Below, in pieces: positions 25,077 to 34,140 of a stretch of 64,000 nt of DNA. Source of the stretch: an uncultured Eubacteriales bacterium (GTDB lineage: Bacteria; Bacillota; Clostridia; Oscillospirales; CAG-272); NCBI GenBank assembly GCA_900544985.1, contig UQXK01000001.1, positions 13,459 through 77,458 of the forward strand, written 5' to 3'. A model generated the notes under the pieces. It was not told where the DNA came from, searched no databases, and saw only the letters and a program-made list of their open reading frames with translations. Positions within the stretch are counted from its first letter, which is position 1; every line of letters begins with the position of its first letter. The position numbers and the translations under genes are program-made.

Positions 25077-25695
25077 TTTCTTCTCCCTTAAACTCTTTGT
25101 AGTCTACTTCATTCGGTGTGTCAATGTTGATGATTATAGCCTTTGAGAATGCTCTTTCTGCCACTTCATTGAGATAACTTTCTAACGTAGCTTCGCTCTT
25201 CTTGTTGGCGTTATACTGCTCGATTGTTATTTTGCCTTGTTCAAGCGCGACTTCATTGAAGCGCGGGTCATATCCAAACTTCTCACAGAGCGCCTCATCG
25301 TTATGGTCGTAGTAATCTTCCTTAAATTCCTCACATTCGTCATAATAGCGTTCGTTGTAGCACGCATATTCTCCGACGCTGACACTTCCAATCGACGCAA
25401 GCCATCTTCCATAGTCCTCGTACACAACATCGCTATCTACCATAGCCACAATTGGCAATGTCGGATTTTCTGCGACTATCCTCAAAAGAGTTTCGGTGTT
25501 TCTTTCAGTATTAAGTTCCATTTCAGTTTCCTCCTGTGATTCAAATTTTTTTCCGCCACAATGGTAAAATGCGTCATCTGGTTGCCAGTCTTCTATAACG
25601 ATGTCGTTGGTGAGGTCGCACATATATCCACCTTCTCCCAAGTACACGCAATGCTCGCATTCATAGCAATCTTTTCTTTCGGGCGGCATCTTCAT
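25066..25695 (-). CDS. Hypothetical protein (N-terminal Cys cluster, acidic)
   Basis: 209 aa with CYECEHCVYLGEGGYMCD at the N-terminus. It is coupled to its neighbours by overlaps at both ends. Confidence 0.5.
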   Translation of the reverse strand: MKMPPERKDCYECEHCVYLGEGGYMCDLTNDIVIEDWQPDDAFYHCGGKKFESQEETEMELNTERNTETLLRIVAENPTLPIVAMVDSDVVYEDYGRWLASIGSVSVGEYACYNERYYDECEEFKEDYYDHNDEALCEKFGYDPRFNEVALEQGKITIEQYNANKKSEATLESYLNEVAERAFSKAIIINIDTPNEVDYKEFKGEENDK

Positions 25696-25868
25696 TTTTC
25701 TTCCTCCCCATCTCGATAATAAATTCCCTCAATTCTGTCAACCAAAAGAGTAAGTTCCACTCCATCAGGCATCAATGCTCTGAAAATACCGTTTTCGGCG
25801 TTTTGCAGATGAATTACTCCGGATATGAATACCATATCGCCGTGTCTGTTTTGGTAATGCACCGTCAT
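25692..25868 (-). CDS. Hypothetical small protein (58 aa, below the ORF-track cutoff)
   Basis: My own translation gives MTVHYQNRHGDMVFISGVIHLQNAENGIFRALMPDGVELTLLVDRIEGIYYRDGEEEK. The stop forms an ATGA overlap with the start at 25695. Confidence 0.35.
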   Translation of the reverse strand: MTVHYQNRHGDMVFISGVIHLQNAENGIFRALMPDGVELTLLVDRIEGIYYRDGEEEK

Positions 25869-25874
25869 CTTTGT

Positions 25875-26072
25875 TCACCCTCCATTCTTGCTACGAATGT
25901 ATTTTTCTCCCTCCACTCGTTCTTTTATTTTGTTGATGTCAATTTCAATTCGCGCCATTGATTCGGGATAATATACAGACAAAAGGATCTTTTGCGGCTC
26001 ATGTTTGTCCGAGAGAAGAAAAGCCGCAAGCTCTCTTGATATTTGCTCCTTTATAATCTCATTTTGCGTCAT
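25875..26072 (-). CDS. Hypothetical small protein
   Basis: 65-aa ORF with a 4-nt overlap with the upstream ORF. Confidence 0.4.
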   Translation of the reverse strand: MTQNEIIKEQISRELAAFLLSDKHEPQKILLSVYYPESMARIEIDINKIKERVEGEKYIRSKNGG

Positions 26073-26308
26073 TTTCTTTCCCCCGCTTCCTTGGAAGCCG
26101 TTATATTCGTTCCATTCGTGCGGTAGGTTGCTATGTAGTAATTTCGCTTATCTTCTGAAAGATTTATAAGGCGTTGGTCCGCCCGCTCTCTGCCCGCGAC
26201 AAGCTCTTTGGGCGTTTTATAAAAAGAGCATTTTTCACACTCTTTTTCCCGAAGCGCGCCGCATATCGCTTCACCCTTGTCAAATGCACATTTTGCGTTT
26301 TTGCTCAT
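26069..26308 (-). CDS. Hypothetical small Cys-containing protein
   Basis: 79 aa containing CAFDKGEAICGALREKECEKCSFYK. 4-nt overlaps on both sides. Confidence 0.4.
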   Translation of the reverse strand: MSKNAKCAFDKGEAICGALREKECEKCSFYKTPKELVAGRERADQRLINLSEDKRNYYIATYRTNGTNITASKEAGERK

Positions 26309-26505
26309 AGTCTTGTCCTTGAAGAAAAAGAAAAGCTCTTCTTTTTCTCTTCCTCTTTCCAGATCTCGTATCTTTGACGGACATCTGGGTGCTCGTCGAA
26401 AAACTTATAGTGTTTCGAAAGAGACTTGTCCACCATATCGAAAAGCTCTGCAAGCTGTTCGTTTTTTCTCTTCTCTTCGAGATATGCTTCATATAGTACG
26501 TTCAT
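26305..26505 (-). CDS. Hypothetical small protein
   Basis: 66-aa ORF in the same coupled chain. Confidence 0.4.
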   Translation of the reverse strand: MNVLYEAYLEEKRKNEQLAELFDMVDKSLSKHYKFFDEHPDVRQRYEIWKEEEKKKSFSFSSRTRL

Positions 26506-26543
26506 CTTTTACTCCTTTTATGATAGATAGTTTTTATTTTCAT

Positions 26544-27431
26544 TTATGTTTCTTGTCCTTTATCTGCCAAATCAAGGTTTGCCGCAGCTTGTTCGAAATA
26601 ACTCTTTTTAAGTTCAATTCCAATGTGTCTGCGATTCATTTTAAGTGCCTGATACCCAGTCGATCCGATACCGTCAAATGGATCAAGTACGATTTCGCCC
26701 TCTCGGCTCCACAATTCAATACATCGTTCAATCACCGGTAACTGCAATGGGCAGATATGGCGTTCATCTTTTTCGCTTCGGGCACTTTTTCTCTGTAATG
26801 TTGCACTTTGATTTATGTCCCACCATACTGGCGTTGCATATTCATCCCACACAGGGGAGGCTATCTGTTGCCAATGTGATACAGGGTATTCTTCGGGTTC
26901 ATGACAAAGCGGCTCCGGATTTGTCCCGGGTTTTCTAAAAGTACAGATAAAATCCGGTATGCCTTGTCTGCTCATAGCAGAGTCTTTTTTTAGTTGTTTC
27001 CACAAAAGACCGAGAGCTTTTGTGCGCTGCATTGCTGTTACGGGATTTTTCCAAATACATACCTCAGAATGATAGATGAATCCGAGCGACTGCATCCAGC
27101 GAATTACATCGCCGCGGAAGTCTCTTATTCCTATTACGCCATCTTTTTCTTTTGATGTAGGCAAGTTCATACAATGGATCGAGACAAGACGTCCCGGCAT
27201 CATGACACGGAACCATTCAGTACCGAGAAATTTATAGTGTTCCGCGAATTCGTCATATGTTCTGCTATTTCCCATATCCCTATCGCTATTTGAATATGTA
27301 TAAAGTGATGCGAAAGGAATAGAAGTAATGCAGTAGTGAATACTGTTAGATGGAATTCCCGCAAGTACCTCACAAGAATCGCCATTATATAACACATAAT
27401 TATTTCCTCTGACTTGATCTAAAACTTTCAT
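26544..27431 (-). CDS. DNA methyltransferase, beta-class (N6-adenine or N4-cytosine)
   Basis: 295 aa. The catalytic-type motif CITSIPFASLY is near the N-terminus and the AdoMet motif VLDPFDGIGSTGYQALKMNRRHIGIEL is near the C-terminus. ATGA overlap with the SNF2 gene. Confidence 0.85.
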   Translation of the reverse strand: MKVLDQVRGNNYVLYNGDSCEVLAGIPSNSIHYCITSIPFASLYTYSNSDRDMGNSRTYDEFAEHYKFLGTEWFRVMMPGRLVSIHCMNLPTSKEKDGVIGIRDFRGDVIRWMQSLGFIYHSEVCIWKNPVTAMQRTKALGLLWKQLKKDSAMSRQGIPDFICTFRKPGTNPEPLCHEPEEYPVSHWQQIASPVWDEYATPVWWDINQSATLQRKSARSEKDERHICPLQLPVIERCIELWSREGEIVLDPFDGIGSTGYQALKMNRRHIGIELKKSYFEQAAANLDLADKGQET

Positions 27432-28801
27432 ACAGCATATCCTCCTTCAATTACCCATTCCGGAATGAACATATCAATTCTCGGTTCGTATGCTTCCGTC
27501 ATGCGGACGGTTGCCCTAATTTCATTTGATAATATATCTTTAGTGTGTTTCACCATTTCGGCAATCATCTGCTTGCATTGCTCGTTCTTGCGTTCGATGT
27601 TGTCCCGTACGGCACCCTCTGCTGTGGATATTATGATATACACGTTTACAGTATGCTTTTGTCCAAAACGCCAGCAACGTCGGATTGCCTGATAGAGCAA
27701 TTCATAGCTATCTGATAGTCCTACAAATACCATGTTATAACAGCCTTGCCAGTTAAGTCCGAATCCCGCGATACTTGGCTTGGTAATAAGCCTTTGGAAT
27801 AGACGTTCGGAAAATGCCGCAAGTCGTATTTCTTTACGTTCCGAAGTATCGGATCCTCTAACCTCTCGTGCTCCCGGAATCACTCTTCTGAGTTCTTCTG
27901 CTTCGTCGTTAAGGTCACACCATATCAGCCATTGTGCATCAGGATCAGTATCTGTGATTCTTTTGGCTGCCTTGCATCTTGCTAATAGGCTTAAACGTCT
28001 GGCATCGTGTCTTTCCGAAAGAGTGGAAGCAATCGGCGCATTACTCTTTACCTCTATATACTTGATATTGAGCTTAGGTAAATCGTATCCGGTGCTGTCA
28101 TATCCGAGATCAGCGGGAGTGGTCAAGACGACTGCCCAACTTGTGAGCCATTTCCAAAAGTCTTTTTCAGCATGACCTTTAAGTCTCCATTTGCTTGTGT
28201 CCCCGCCGTCATGCACAAAAAATTCGGCAAGCATTTCGGTGCGTTTCATTACTCCAAGAAATTCAGCTTGGTTGCCAAGCTCCATATAGTCATTCGGTGC
28301 CGGCGTTGCAGTACAAGAGAGTTTATATGGAATATCAGCACAACTTTCTATGATCTGCGTGCGGAGTTTTCCGCTGTATTGTTTCAGTATTGAACTTTCA
28401 TCCAATGCCACGCCACCGAATATAGTCAAATCAAAGTGATCGAGCATTTCATAGTTTGTGATGTTGATACCTTGAACAACGTCTTTCTGTGATCGGCAGA
28501 TATTCACATCGTATCCGAATTTGAAACCCTCTCGCCTTGTCTGCTTTGATACAGCAAGCGGCGCAATGATGATCGTCGGTCTTTCGGTATGATTGGAAAT
28601 AAGCTTGCACCATTCTAGTTGCTGTATCGTCTTTCCAAGTCCACAATCTTCAAATAGTGCCGCCTTGCCTTTTTTTAGCGCCCATGCGACAATATCCTTT
28701 TGCCATTCGAACATTTTTGAATTCATATCAGCTTTTTCAAAAGAGAATCCGCAACACGGAATCGCTACTGCTTTTTTCTGTAAAAATTCATCGTAATTCA
28801 T
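27428..28801 (-). CDS. SNF2-family helicase/ATPase
   Basis: Contains EDCGLGKTIQQLEW (motif I) and VALDESSILK (motif II), with C-terminal helicase motifs ..VGLSDSYELLYQAIRRCWRFGQ. The start was set to the ATG at 28801, which has AAAGGAG 5 nt upstream. Confidence 0.85.
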   Translation of the reverse strand: MNYDEFLQKKAVAIPCCGFSFEKADMNSKMFEWQKDIVAWALKKGKAALFEDCGLGKTIQQLEWCKLISNHTERPTIIIAPLAVSKQTRREGFKFGYDVNICRSQKDVVQGINITNYEMLDHFDLTIFGGVALDESSILKQYSGKLRTQIIESCADIPYKLSCTATPAPNDYMELGNQAEFLGVMKRTEMLAEFFVHDGGDTSKWRLKGHAEKDFWKWLTSWAVVLTTPADLGYDSTGYDLPKLNIKYIEVKSNAPIASTLSERHDARRLSLLARCKAAKRITDTDPDAQWLIWCDLNDEAEELRRVIPGAREVRGSDTSERKEIRLAAFSERLFQRLITKPSIAGFGLNWQGCYNMVFVGLSDSYELLYQAIRRCWRFGQKHTVNVYIIISTAEGAVRDNIERKNEQCKQMIAEMVKHTKDILSNEIRATVRMTEAYEPRIDMFIPEWVIEGGYAV

Positions 28802-28853
28802 CGTTTCTCCTTTTGTCCGTGCGGGTGGATATCCCCCCCGCCGAGCAGATTTG

Positions 28854-30368
28854 TTATTTACCCAAGACTTCACCCAATTTCTTTTTAAGAAGCGCATCGA
28901 AATCATCTTCGGTTTCTTCGATGACTTCCTCAATTTCGTCGGTCTCGGTGTCTATTGCCTCATCCCCGGACTTTTTGTAAAGCGGGTGTGTCCCGTTTAA
29001 CATATGTTTTTCCTCATCGGACATTTCATATCCGAGAACACAAAGCCCTTGATACAGGCTTTTAAGTTTGGGATTTTCACGGTAATTGCCGCTCCAATCG
29101 ACACAGTTGTTATTGAAGCTATCGCACCATTGCGCATATACGTTCATCAGAAGAGCTTTTTCCGGGTGTTTATCTATGAATTCCGCAACCTTAGCCCAAT
29201 CATCATTATTTTTGATATCAAACAGTTCCTTGAACCTATCTATGCTTGCTTGTACGGTGGAGTATCCAGAAAACAGTCCCTGGCTCATCATCGATACAAT
29301 CTCGCGCAAACACATCCAGTCAGAAATTTTCTCGATATTTTTCTTACTGTCTCTATGTGAGTAATTTTTAATGAAGTTAAATCTTAACCAGAATGCACTT
29401 TTGGAAAGTTCGGAAAGTTGCTCTCTTCTTGTGCGTTCTTCATCGCGCCTTTTCTGCTCCTCGCGCTCTGATCCTTCGGTTTCTTCGGTCATTACTTTAT
29501 CGGCGCGAATGTATGGTATATCGTTGTAGCCCCATGCAAAGTAGAGCTTATCGTGGCTTTTTGCATATTCTGCAATCTTTTCATTGCTTGGCTCACCGTC
29601 AAGATAACCGAGAGATTTATACTGCTCATTCCAGATATCGTTGTATGAGATTTCCTCCATACCAAATGTTTCAAATATCTTTTGCCATTCTAATTTTCTC
29701 TTTTTCCCGTTTTGCGCGTTGAGTGCTTTTTGAAACTCTCGGTTGAAGTTGTTGGTTCCAATTTCGCAGAGGACTTTGTTTCTTGTATCAATATCCTCAA
29801 TTTGAGAGAGCATATCATAATCCATTAGCGAGGCCTGTCGTCCGGATACATTTTTCAGTGTTTCTCCGTCCAATTCTGCTATTTTCAATCGGCGGCGAAT
29901 AGTGGATTTTGAAAATCCTGTTTTTTCGGCAACAGCATCAATACTATCGCCAAAATCCATCATCATTTGGAATCCCTGTGCTTGCTCATAAATTGTTAGG
30001 TCTTCTCGTTGCATATTTTCCAAAAGCATGGTTTGAACCTGTTCGGCAGGAGTCATCTTGGCAATGACGCAGGGAAGCGTTTTTAGTCCTGCCGCCTTTG
30101 CTGCTTCAAGACGTCTATTTCCTATTACAACAAGATATCCAATTTCAGCTTGCTGTTTCGGATCGTCGCATCCCACCCCAGTCGTTTGAAACCAAAAAGG
30201 AACGACTGTTAGATTTTGCAAAACACCTTTTGCCTTTATGCTTTCCGTGAGTTCTGTCAAGTCTCCTAAACTCTTACGCGGATTGTCGTGATGATGGTGT
30301 AGCAGACTAACGGGTATATTGACTATTTCTCCCGTGACTTCTTCTGTGTATACAAACTTATTTTCCAT
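28854..30368 (-). CDS. ParB-N domain protein with long C-terminal extension
   Basis: 504 aa. IPVSLLHHHHDNPRKSLGDLTELTESIKAKGVLQNLTVVP...VVIGNRRLEAAKAAGLKTLPCVI is a ParB/Spo0J N-terminal signature, followed by HTH-like FSKSTIRRRLKIAEL. Confidence 0.8.
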   Translation of the reverse strand: MENKFVYTEEVTGEIVNIPVSLLHHHHDNPRKSLGDLTELTESIKAKGVLQNLTVVPFWFQTTGVGCDDPKQQAEIGYLVVIGNRRLEAAKAAGLKTLPCVIAKMTPAEQVQTMLLENMQREDLTIYEQAQGFQMMMDFGDSIDAVAEKTGFSKSTIRRRLKIAELDGETLKNVSGRQASLMDYDMLSQIEDIDTRNKVLCEIGTNNFNREFQKALNAQNGKKRKLEWQKIFETFGMEEISYNDIWNEQYKSLGYLDGEPSNEKIAEYAKSHDKLYFAWGYNDIPYIRADKVMTEETEGSEREEQKRRDEERTRREQLSELSKSAFWLRFNFIKNYSHRDSKKNIEKISDWMCLREIVSMMSQGLFSGYSTVQASIDRFKELFDIKNNDDWAKVAEFIDKHPEKALLMNVYAQWCDSFNNNCVDWSGNYRENPKLKSLYQGLCVLGYEMSDEEKHMLNGTHPLYKKSGDEAIDTETDEIEEVIEETEDDFDALLKKKLGEVLGK

Positions 30369-30420
30369 GTTTTGCTCCTTTTTTATGTGACCGTATTATC
30401 CAGCGCGGTCCCGCTTTATT

Positions 30421-30837
30421 TTAGATTGTTGCAATTTGCAAGATGATCTCCGTGTGGGGATTATCTGAATAAAATTTTCTAACTTGTGCATCAACGATAC
30501 ACTTGTCGTCGTCGTAGGCAACGCCGTTGAGTGCATCTGCTATCAGTTTGCCTATATTGTCAAAGTCTGGTTTGACTATCGGTCGTATTTCACCGTTCTG
30601 CATTTTCTGCTGAACGGTTTTAGATTTGCTTTTGGGAATAGGGAAGTATGCCAAAACACGCATATCCACATATGTACCTTTGGGAAAACGGTATGCTCCA
30701 CAGGCTTCTTTGTACGCCCACGCGACTAATGCTTCTTGTGTTCGTGTCTGTTCTTGGGTGTACTTTGCTCCTGTTTTTCGATTATAGCCTGTGCGCTGCC
30801 ATCCTTTTGGATCGCCGGGAACGGTGAAGCGTATCAT
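30421..30837 (-). CDS. rusA: RusA-family Holliday junction resolvase
   Basis: 138 aa. MIRFTVPGDPKGWQRTG...KPDFDNIGKLIADALNGVAYDDDKCIVDAQVRKFY is the RusA signature. Confidence 0.85.
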   Translation of the reverse strand: MIRFTVPGDPKGWQRTGYNRKTGAKYTQEQTRTQEALVAWAYKEACGAYRFPKGTYVDMRVLAYFPIPKSKSKTVQQKMQNGEIRPIVKPDFDNIGKLIADALNGVAYDDDKCIVDAQVRKFYSDNPHTEIILQIATI

Positions 30838-31487
30838 TTCTTATCCTCCAAAAGATTTGCTTTTTTAGGTGTATCAAGCTCTTTATATGCCTGCCCTGAG
30901 ATAAGTTCCCATTTTTTATCTTCTTTCCTGCGGATATTTTGCACTTCCAATAGGAAAGAGTCTGTTTCTGGGTAGAGTTGGCGGACTTTTCTTATCGAAG
31001 AAGACAGCGCCGCGGGGAGCGCCGCTGTTTGCATCTCTCTCTCATATGTGGGTTTGTAAAGGTCCATAAACGCCACTTTATCCATGCCGTCTTTATTGCC
31101 TGCATAACTGCCTCGGTGGAGTTCCCAAAGGGTATGCCATCCGATAGTTTCCACGACACGTTCGATAAGTGGAGGAAAAGTCGGGCGTCCCCAAGAGGAT
31201 TCTCCCGTTGCATGCATAACATCCATTACTGCCATCCATGCAATATCGGGCGGTATCAGTTCGGGATGGAGTATTTCAGCCATGGATTCTCTGATTTCCG
31301 CTATGCTTGGTGGCCATTTGTTGCTCGCTATGTGCTTTGTAACCGCAAGCTCAACAGCGCTTTTGTCATCGTCTTTGAAGAATGCGTACCAAGCTGTTAC
31401 CATTCCTGGTATGCTTTCCTCTTTGAAGCGATCGGGATATGACATCACAATAACCGTTACAATGTCGAGCAATTCATTCTTTGTCAT
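30834..31487 (-). CDS. Putative replicative-helicase loader (G40P-loader-like)
   Basis: MTKNELLDIVTVIVMSYPDRFKEE..MVTAWYAFFKDDDKSAVELAVTKHIASNKWPPSIAEIRE resembles the loader/inhibitor of G40P family. It lies next to the replisome organizer gene. Confidence 0.55.
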   Translation of the reverse strand: MTKNELLDIVTVIVMSYPDRFKEESIPGMVTAWYAFFKDDDKSAVELAVTKHIASNKWPPSIAEIRESMAEILHPELIPPDIAWMAVMDVMHATGESSWGRPTFPPLIERVVETIGWHTLWELHRGSYAGNKDGMDKVAFMDLYKPTYEREMQTAALPAALSSSIRKVRQLYPETDSFLLEVQNIRRKEDKKWELISGQAYKELDTPKKANLLEDKK

Positions 31488-32628
31488 CTCCACACTCCTC
31501 TCGCATTTTCGCAAGAACTCCGAGCGCCCCTGTCAAGGGAAGTTCCTTTGAATCTGTCGAAGTTCGGTTGTCATACTTGTGTTCGAGAATTTTTGAGAAA
31601 TTCGAGGGCTTCATCATCCAGTCGAAATCAGCCACCCAATTCCTGTCATTTTGACCTTTAAGAAAAGATGACGCTTGCGCGATTTGGAATAATTCCTTAA
31701 AAGTACCAAGTGAGTTGTATGTTCGCCATCGTGCTGCTACTGCCTTTCGTCTGTTTCCGTCGATAGCTTTGATTTTTGGATAAGAGACGCAGATTTCGTG
31801 ATATAAATCTCTGATTTTTGAAAACGGGCATTGCAACTCTGACTGCGAAGCAGATAGAGTAGTAATATCTTCCTCTTCATCTCTAATATCTATATCTCTA
31901 TTATCTTTATATCTATTATCTGGGTGGAAATTTTCCACCTCTATTTCCACCTTATTTCCACTTGTTTGAGTAGAATGATTGTGAATTTGTTCCAGCAGTC
32001 CGCTGTGTACTTTTGCATGACAGCTACGACATAAAATATATAGGTCATCTACGTCATTGCTGTAACCATTTCCATGATGAATACAAAGATTTTCTTGACT
32101 GCCACAATTTTCACAAACGCCTTGCGCAAGATCAAAAGCTTTCATACCATTGCCACCATATCGTTTTTCATCGACATATTGTATCTCACCAGATGGGAGT
32201 AACAGCGTTTCGCGATTGAGACGTTTGCAAGTGCCGAGTTTAGGAGCTCGTATTTGCTGCTGATTTCGCTTTTGAATTGCCCAATTTGTTTCGCTCCCAA
32301 CAAGAGTTTGATGATCTGTGAGGACAAGGACACCATCCTTATCCTCGTAAATAAGACCAAAAGATTTGTAGAGATTAAGAGCAATTCGGATAGTGTCCGT
32401 CGAAAACCATTTGCAGTCTCGTTGTATTTTTTCTACGTCGTACGGGATTATTATTTCTCCTATTTGGCGAGAAAGTTTTCCATCGGTGTTTATGGTTTTC
32501 AAGCAAAGCATTTGATACAATACAACATAATTCGCGCCATTGGGTTGACTCATGAAGTAGTCGATTGTATCAGAAGTCATAAATGACTCTTTTAGCTTCA
32601 TCCAGTAATATCTTTTTCCTGTTGCCAT
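31474..32628 (-). CDS. Phage replisome organizer with internal HNH motif
   Basis: The N-terminus YYWMKLKESFMTSDTIDYFMSQPNGANYVVLYQMLCLKTINTDGKL is the replisome-organizer N-domain pattern. The central CENCGSQENLCIHHGNGYSNDVDDLYILCRSCHAKVH is an HNH motif. The C-terminal part is DnaD-like. Confidence 0.7.
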   Translation of the reverse strand: MATGKRYYWMKLKESFMTSDTIDYFMSQPNGANYVVLYQMLCLKTINTDGKLSRQIGEIIIPYDVEKIQRDCKWFSTDTIRIALNLYKSFGLIYEDKDGVLVLTDHQTLVGSETNWAIQKRNQQQIRAPKLGTCKRLNRETLLLPSGEIQYVDEKRYGGNGMKAFDLAQGVCENCGSQENLCIHHGNGYSNDVDDLYILCRSCHAKVHSGLLEQIHNHSTQTSGNKVEIEVENFHPDNRYKDNRDIDIRDEEEDITTLSASQSELQCPFSKIRDLYHEICVSYPKIKAIDGNRRKAVAARWRTYNSLGTFKELFQIAQASSFLKGQNDRNWVADFDWMMKPSNFSKILEHKYDNRTSTDSKELPLTGALGVLAKMREECGDDKE

Positions 32629-32650
32629 TCATTATCTCTCCTTTATCCAT

Positions 32651-33070
32651 TCAAAAGGGAAGATCTTCATCAGGTGGTATTTCTTCAAAATTCGGTATTG
32701 TTTGAGATGTTACATTTGGCATTAAGCCGCTTTGTTCAGAGCTTGATTTGCTTTCAACAAAACTTGCTTCATCTGCGACAACCTCGGTTGCATATCGTTT
32801 ATTGCCATGTTGATCTTCCCAGGAACGTGTTTGAATCGTTCCGACTATACAGATTGGAGATCCTTTGCGGAAGTAGTTAGTTATAAAATCCGCGGTGTGG
32901 CGCCAAGCCACAACGTTTATAAAATCTGTCTTTTTTTCTGCTTCTTTGGAGGTTTTACGGTCAACAGCCAAAGAGAACGAAGTAACAGTTATTTGATTTG
33001 TCGTCATTTTTAATTCAGGGTCAGCTGTCAAACGCCCTGCAAGAATGACTTTGTTCAGATTAAGACTCAT
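32651..33070 (-). CDS. ssb: Single-stranded DNA-binding protein
   Basis: MSLNLNKVILAGRLTADPELK..FINVVAWRHTADFITNYFRKGSPICIVGTIQTRSWED with the acidic tail ending DEDLPF. Confidence 0.9.
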   Translation of the reverse strand: MSLNLNKVILAGRLTADPELKMTTNQITVTSFSLAVDRKTSKEAEKKTDFINVVAWRHTADFITNYFRKGSPICIVGTIQTRSWEDQHGNKRYATEVVADEASFVESKSSSEQSGLMPNVTSQTIPNFEEIPPDEDLPF

Positions 33071-33110
33071 TTGTTAATTATCCTTTCTGTGGTATTCGTA
33101 TCATGCTGTA

Positions 33111-33635
33111 TTATTTTTGTTTACAGCATCTTCTGTTTTGGTTTTGCTCTATAATTGTTGCCCATCGACAATTTGAGGGGGTATAATTTCCATTTACATC
33201 AATTCGGTCTATGGTCAATTTATCGTTGTAGCCATTTTCCATTGACCAGTGGTAGAATGACATAAAATCAGTTTTCCATTCATTGCAAACTGTAATTCCA
33301 CGACCTCCATATAATGGGTATTTTTCTCCCTTAACATAGTCACATCTTCTCTTCATTCCTAACCATATTCGATATAACCGACTATGTGTCAGTCCATGAG
33401 TTGTTTGAAATCTTGATTTTTTGCTATTTTCCAAAAAATGCTTACGTCCAAGACATCCACAGCTTGTAGTGTGACCGCTTTTCAGATGAGATAATGTTGT
33501 TAAAGTTGTTTTCCCGCAATTACATTTGCATAGCCACAATGAGTTCTTTTTTGATTTATCGGAACCTTGTCTTTCAATCACAGTCAGAATTCCGAAATGT
33601 TTCCCGATAATGTCATTTCTTGTTTTCCCATTCAT
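33111..33635 (-). CDS. Conserved phage protein with N-terminal Cys cluster and C-terminal DNA-binding-like region (AP2/HNH-associated type)
   Basis: Contains WLCKCNCGKTTLTTLSHLKSGHTTSCGC and YRIWLGMKRRC...YGGRGITVCNEW...IDRIDVNGNYTPSNCRW. The family name is uncertain. Confidence 0.4.
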   Translation of the reverse strand: MNGKTRNDIIGKHFGILTVIERQGSDKSKKNSLWLCKCNCGKTTLTTLSHLKSGHTTSCGCLGRKHFLENSKKSRFQTTHGLTHSRLYRIWLGMKRRCDYVKGEKYPLYGGRGITVCNEWKTDFMSFYHWSMENGYNDKLTIDRIDVNGNYTPSNCRWATIIEQNQNRRCCKQK

Positions 33636-34140
33636 GTATCAGCAAGCTCCTTTCTTGTTCTGATAGTACGACAATTCCTACGGATTCTGCATCTTGCAAG
33701 ACATTATCAAGCAGCCTACTCATTTCCTTTGTGTTGTAGGTAGAACTACCATGATATGCAAAGACCAATTTATATCCTTCCAATTTGCTATCATCAACAA
33801 TTTCCGTAAACCAGCCAATACCATGAGATGACCATATTCTGTCAAATTCTTCAACGGCATCACATTTTATTGGGAGCGGTGTGTATTTTCCAATTTGGCG
33901 AATTTCATCTCGATAAACATCTTCTTTCGTTGAGTTGATTTTATTTGCGATTTTTTCGCAAAACGCCCACATCATAGCATTAGCATCCTTTGATCTTCGC
34001 GCTCTGTGCTTTTTGATTTCAATATCGACATCGCAATCTTTCAACGAGTCAAATTCTTCCGTGTAATCACTCTTTGTAGAAAAGCTTATAATCTGCTCGC
34101 CTGAACGTGTAAAAGTAATGTCTTTTAACTTACCTATCAT
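33613..34140 (-). CDS. NinB/Orf-like recombination mediator (putative)
   Basis: RSKDANAMMWAFCEKIA and SSTYNTKEMSRLLDNVLQDAESVGI parallel the lambda NinB segments RSLDQNRKLWACLGDVS and STSRMRVGEFAELLELIQAFG, recalled from memory. Confidence 0.4.
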   Translation of the reverse strand: MIGKLKDITFTRSGEQIISFSTKSDYTEEFDSLKDCDVDIEIKKHRARRSKDANAMMWAFCEKIANKINSTKEDVYRDEIRQIGKYTPLPIKCDAVEEFDRIWSSHGIGWFTEIVDDSKLEGYKLVFAYHGSSTYNTKEMSRLLDNVLQDAESVGIVVLSEQERSLLIHEWENKK

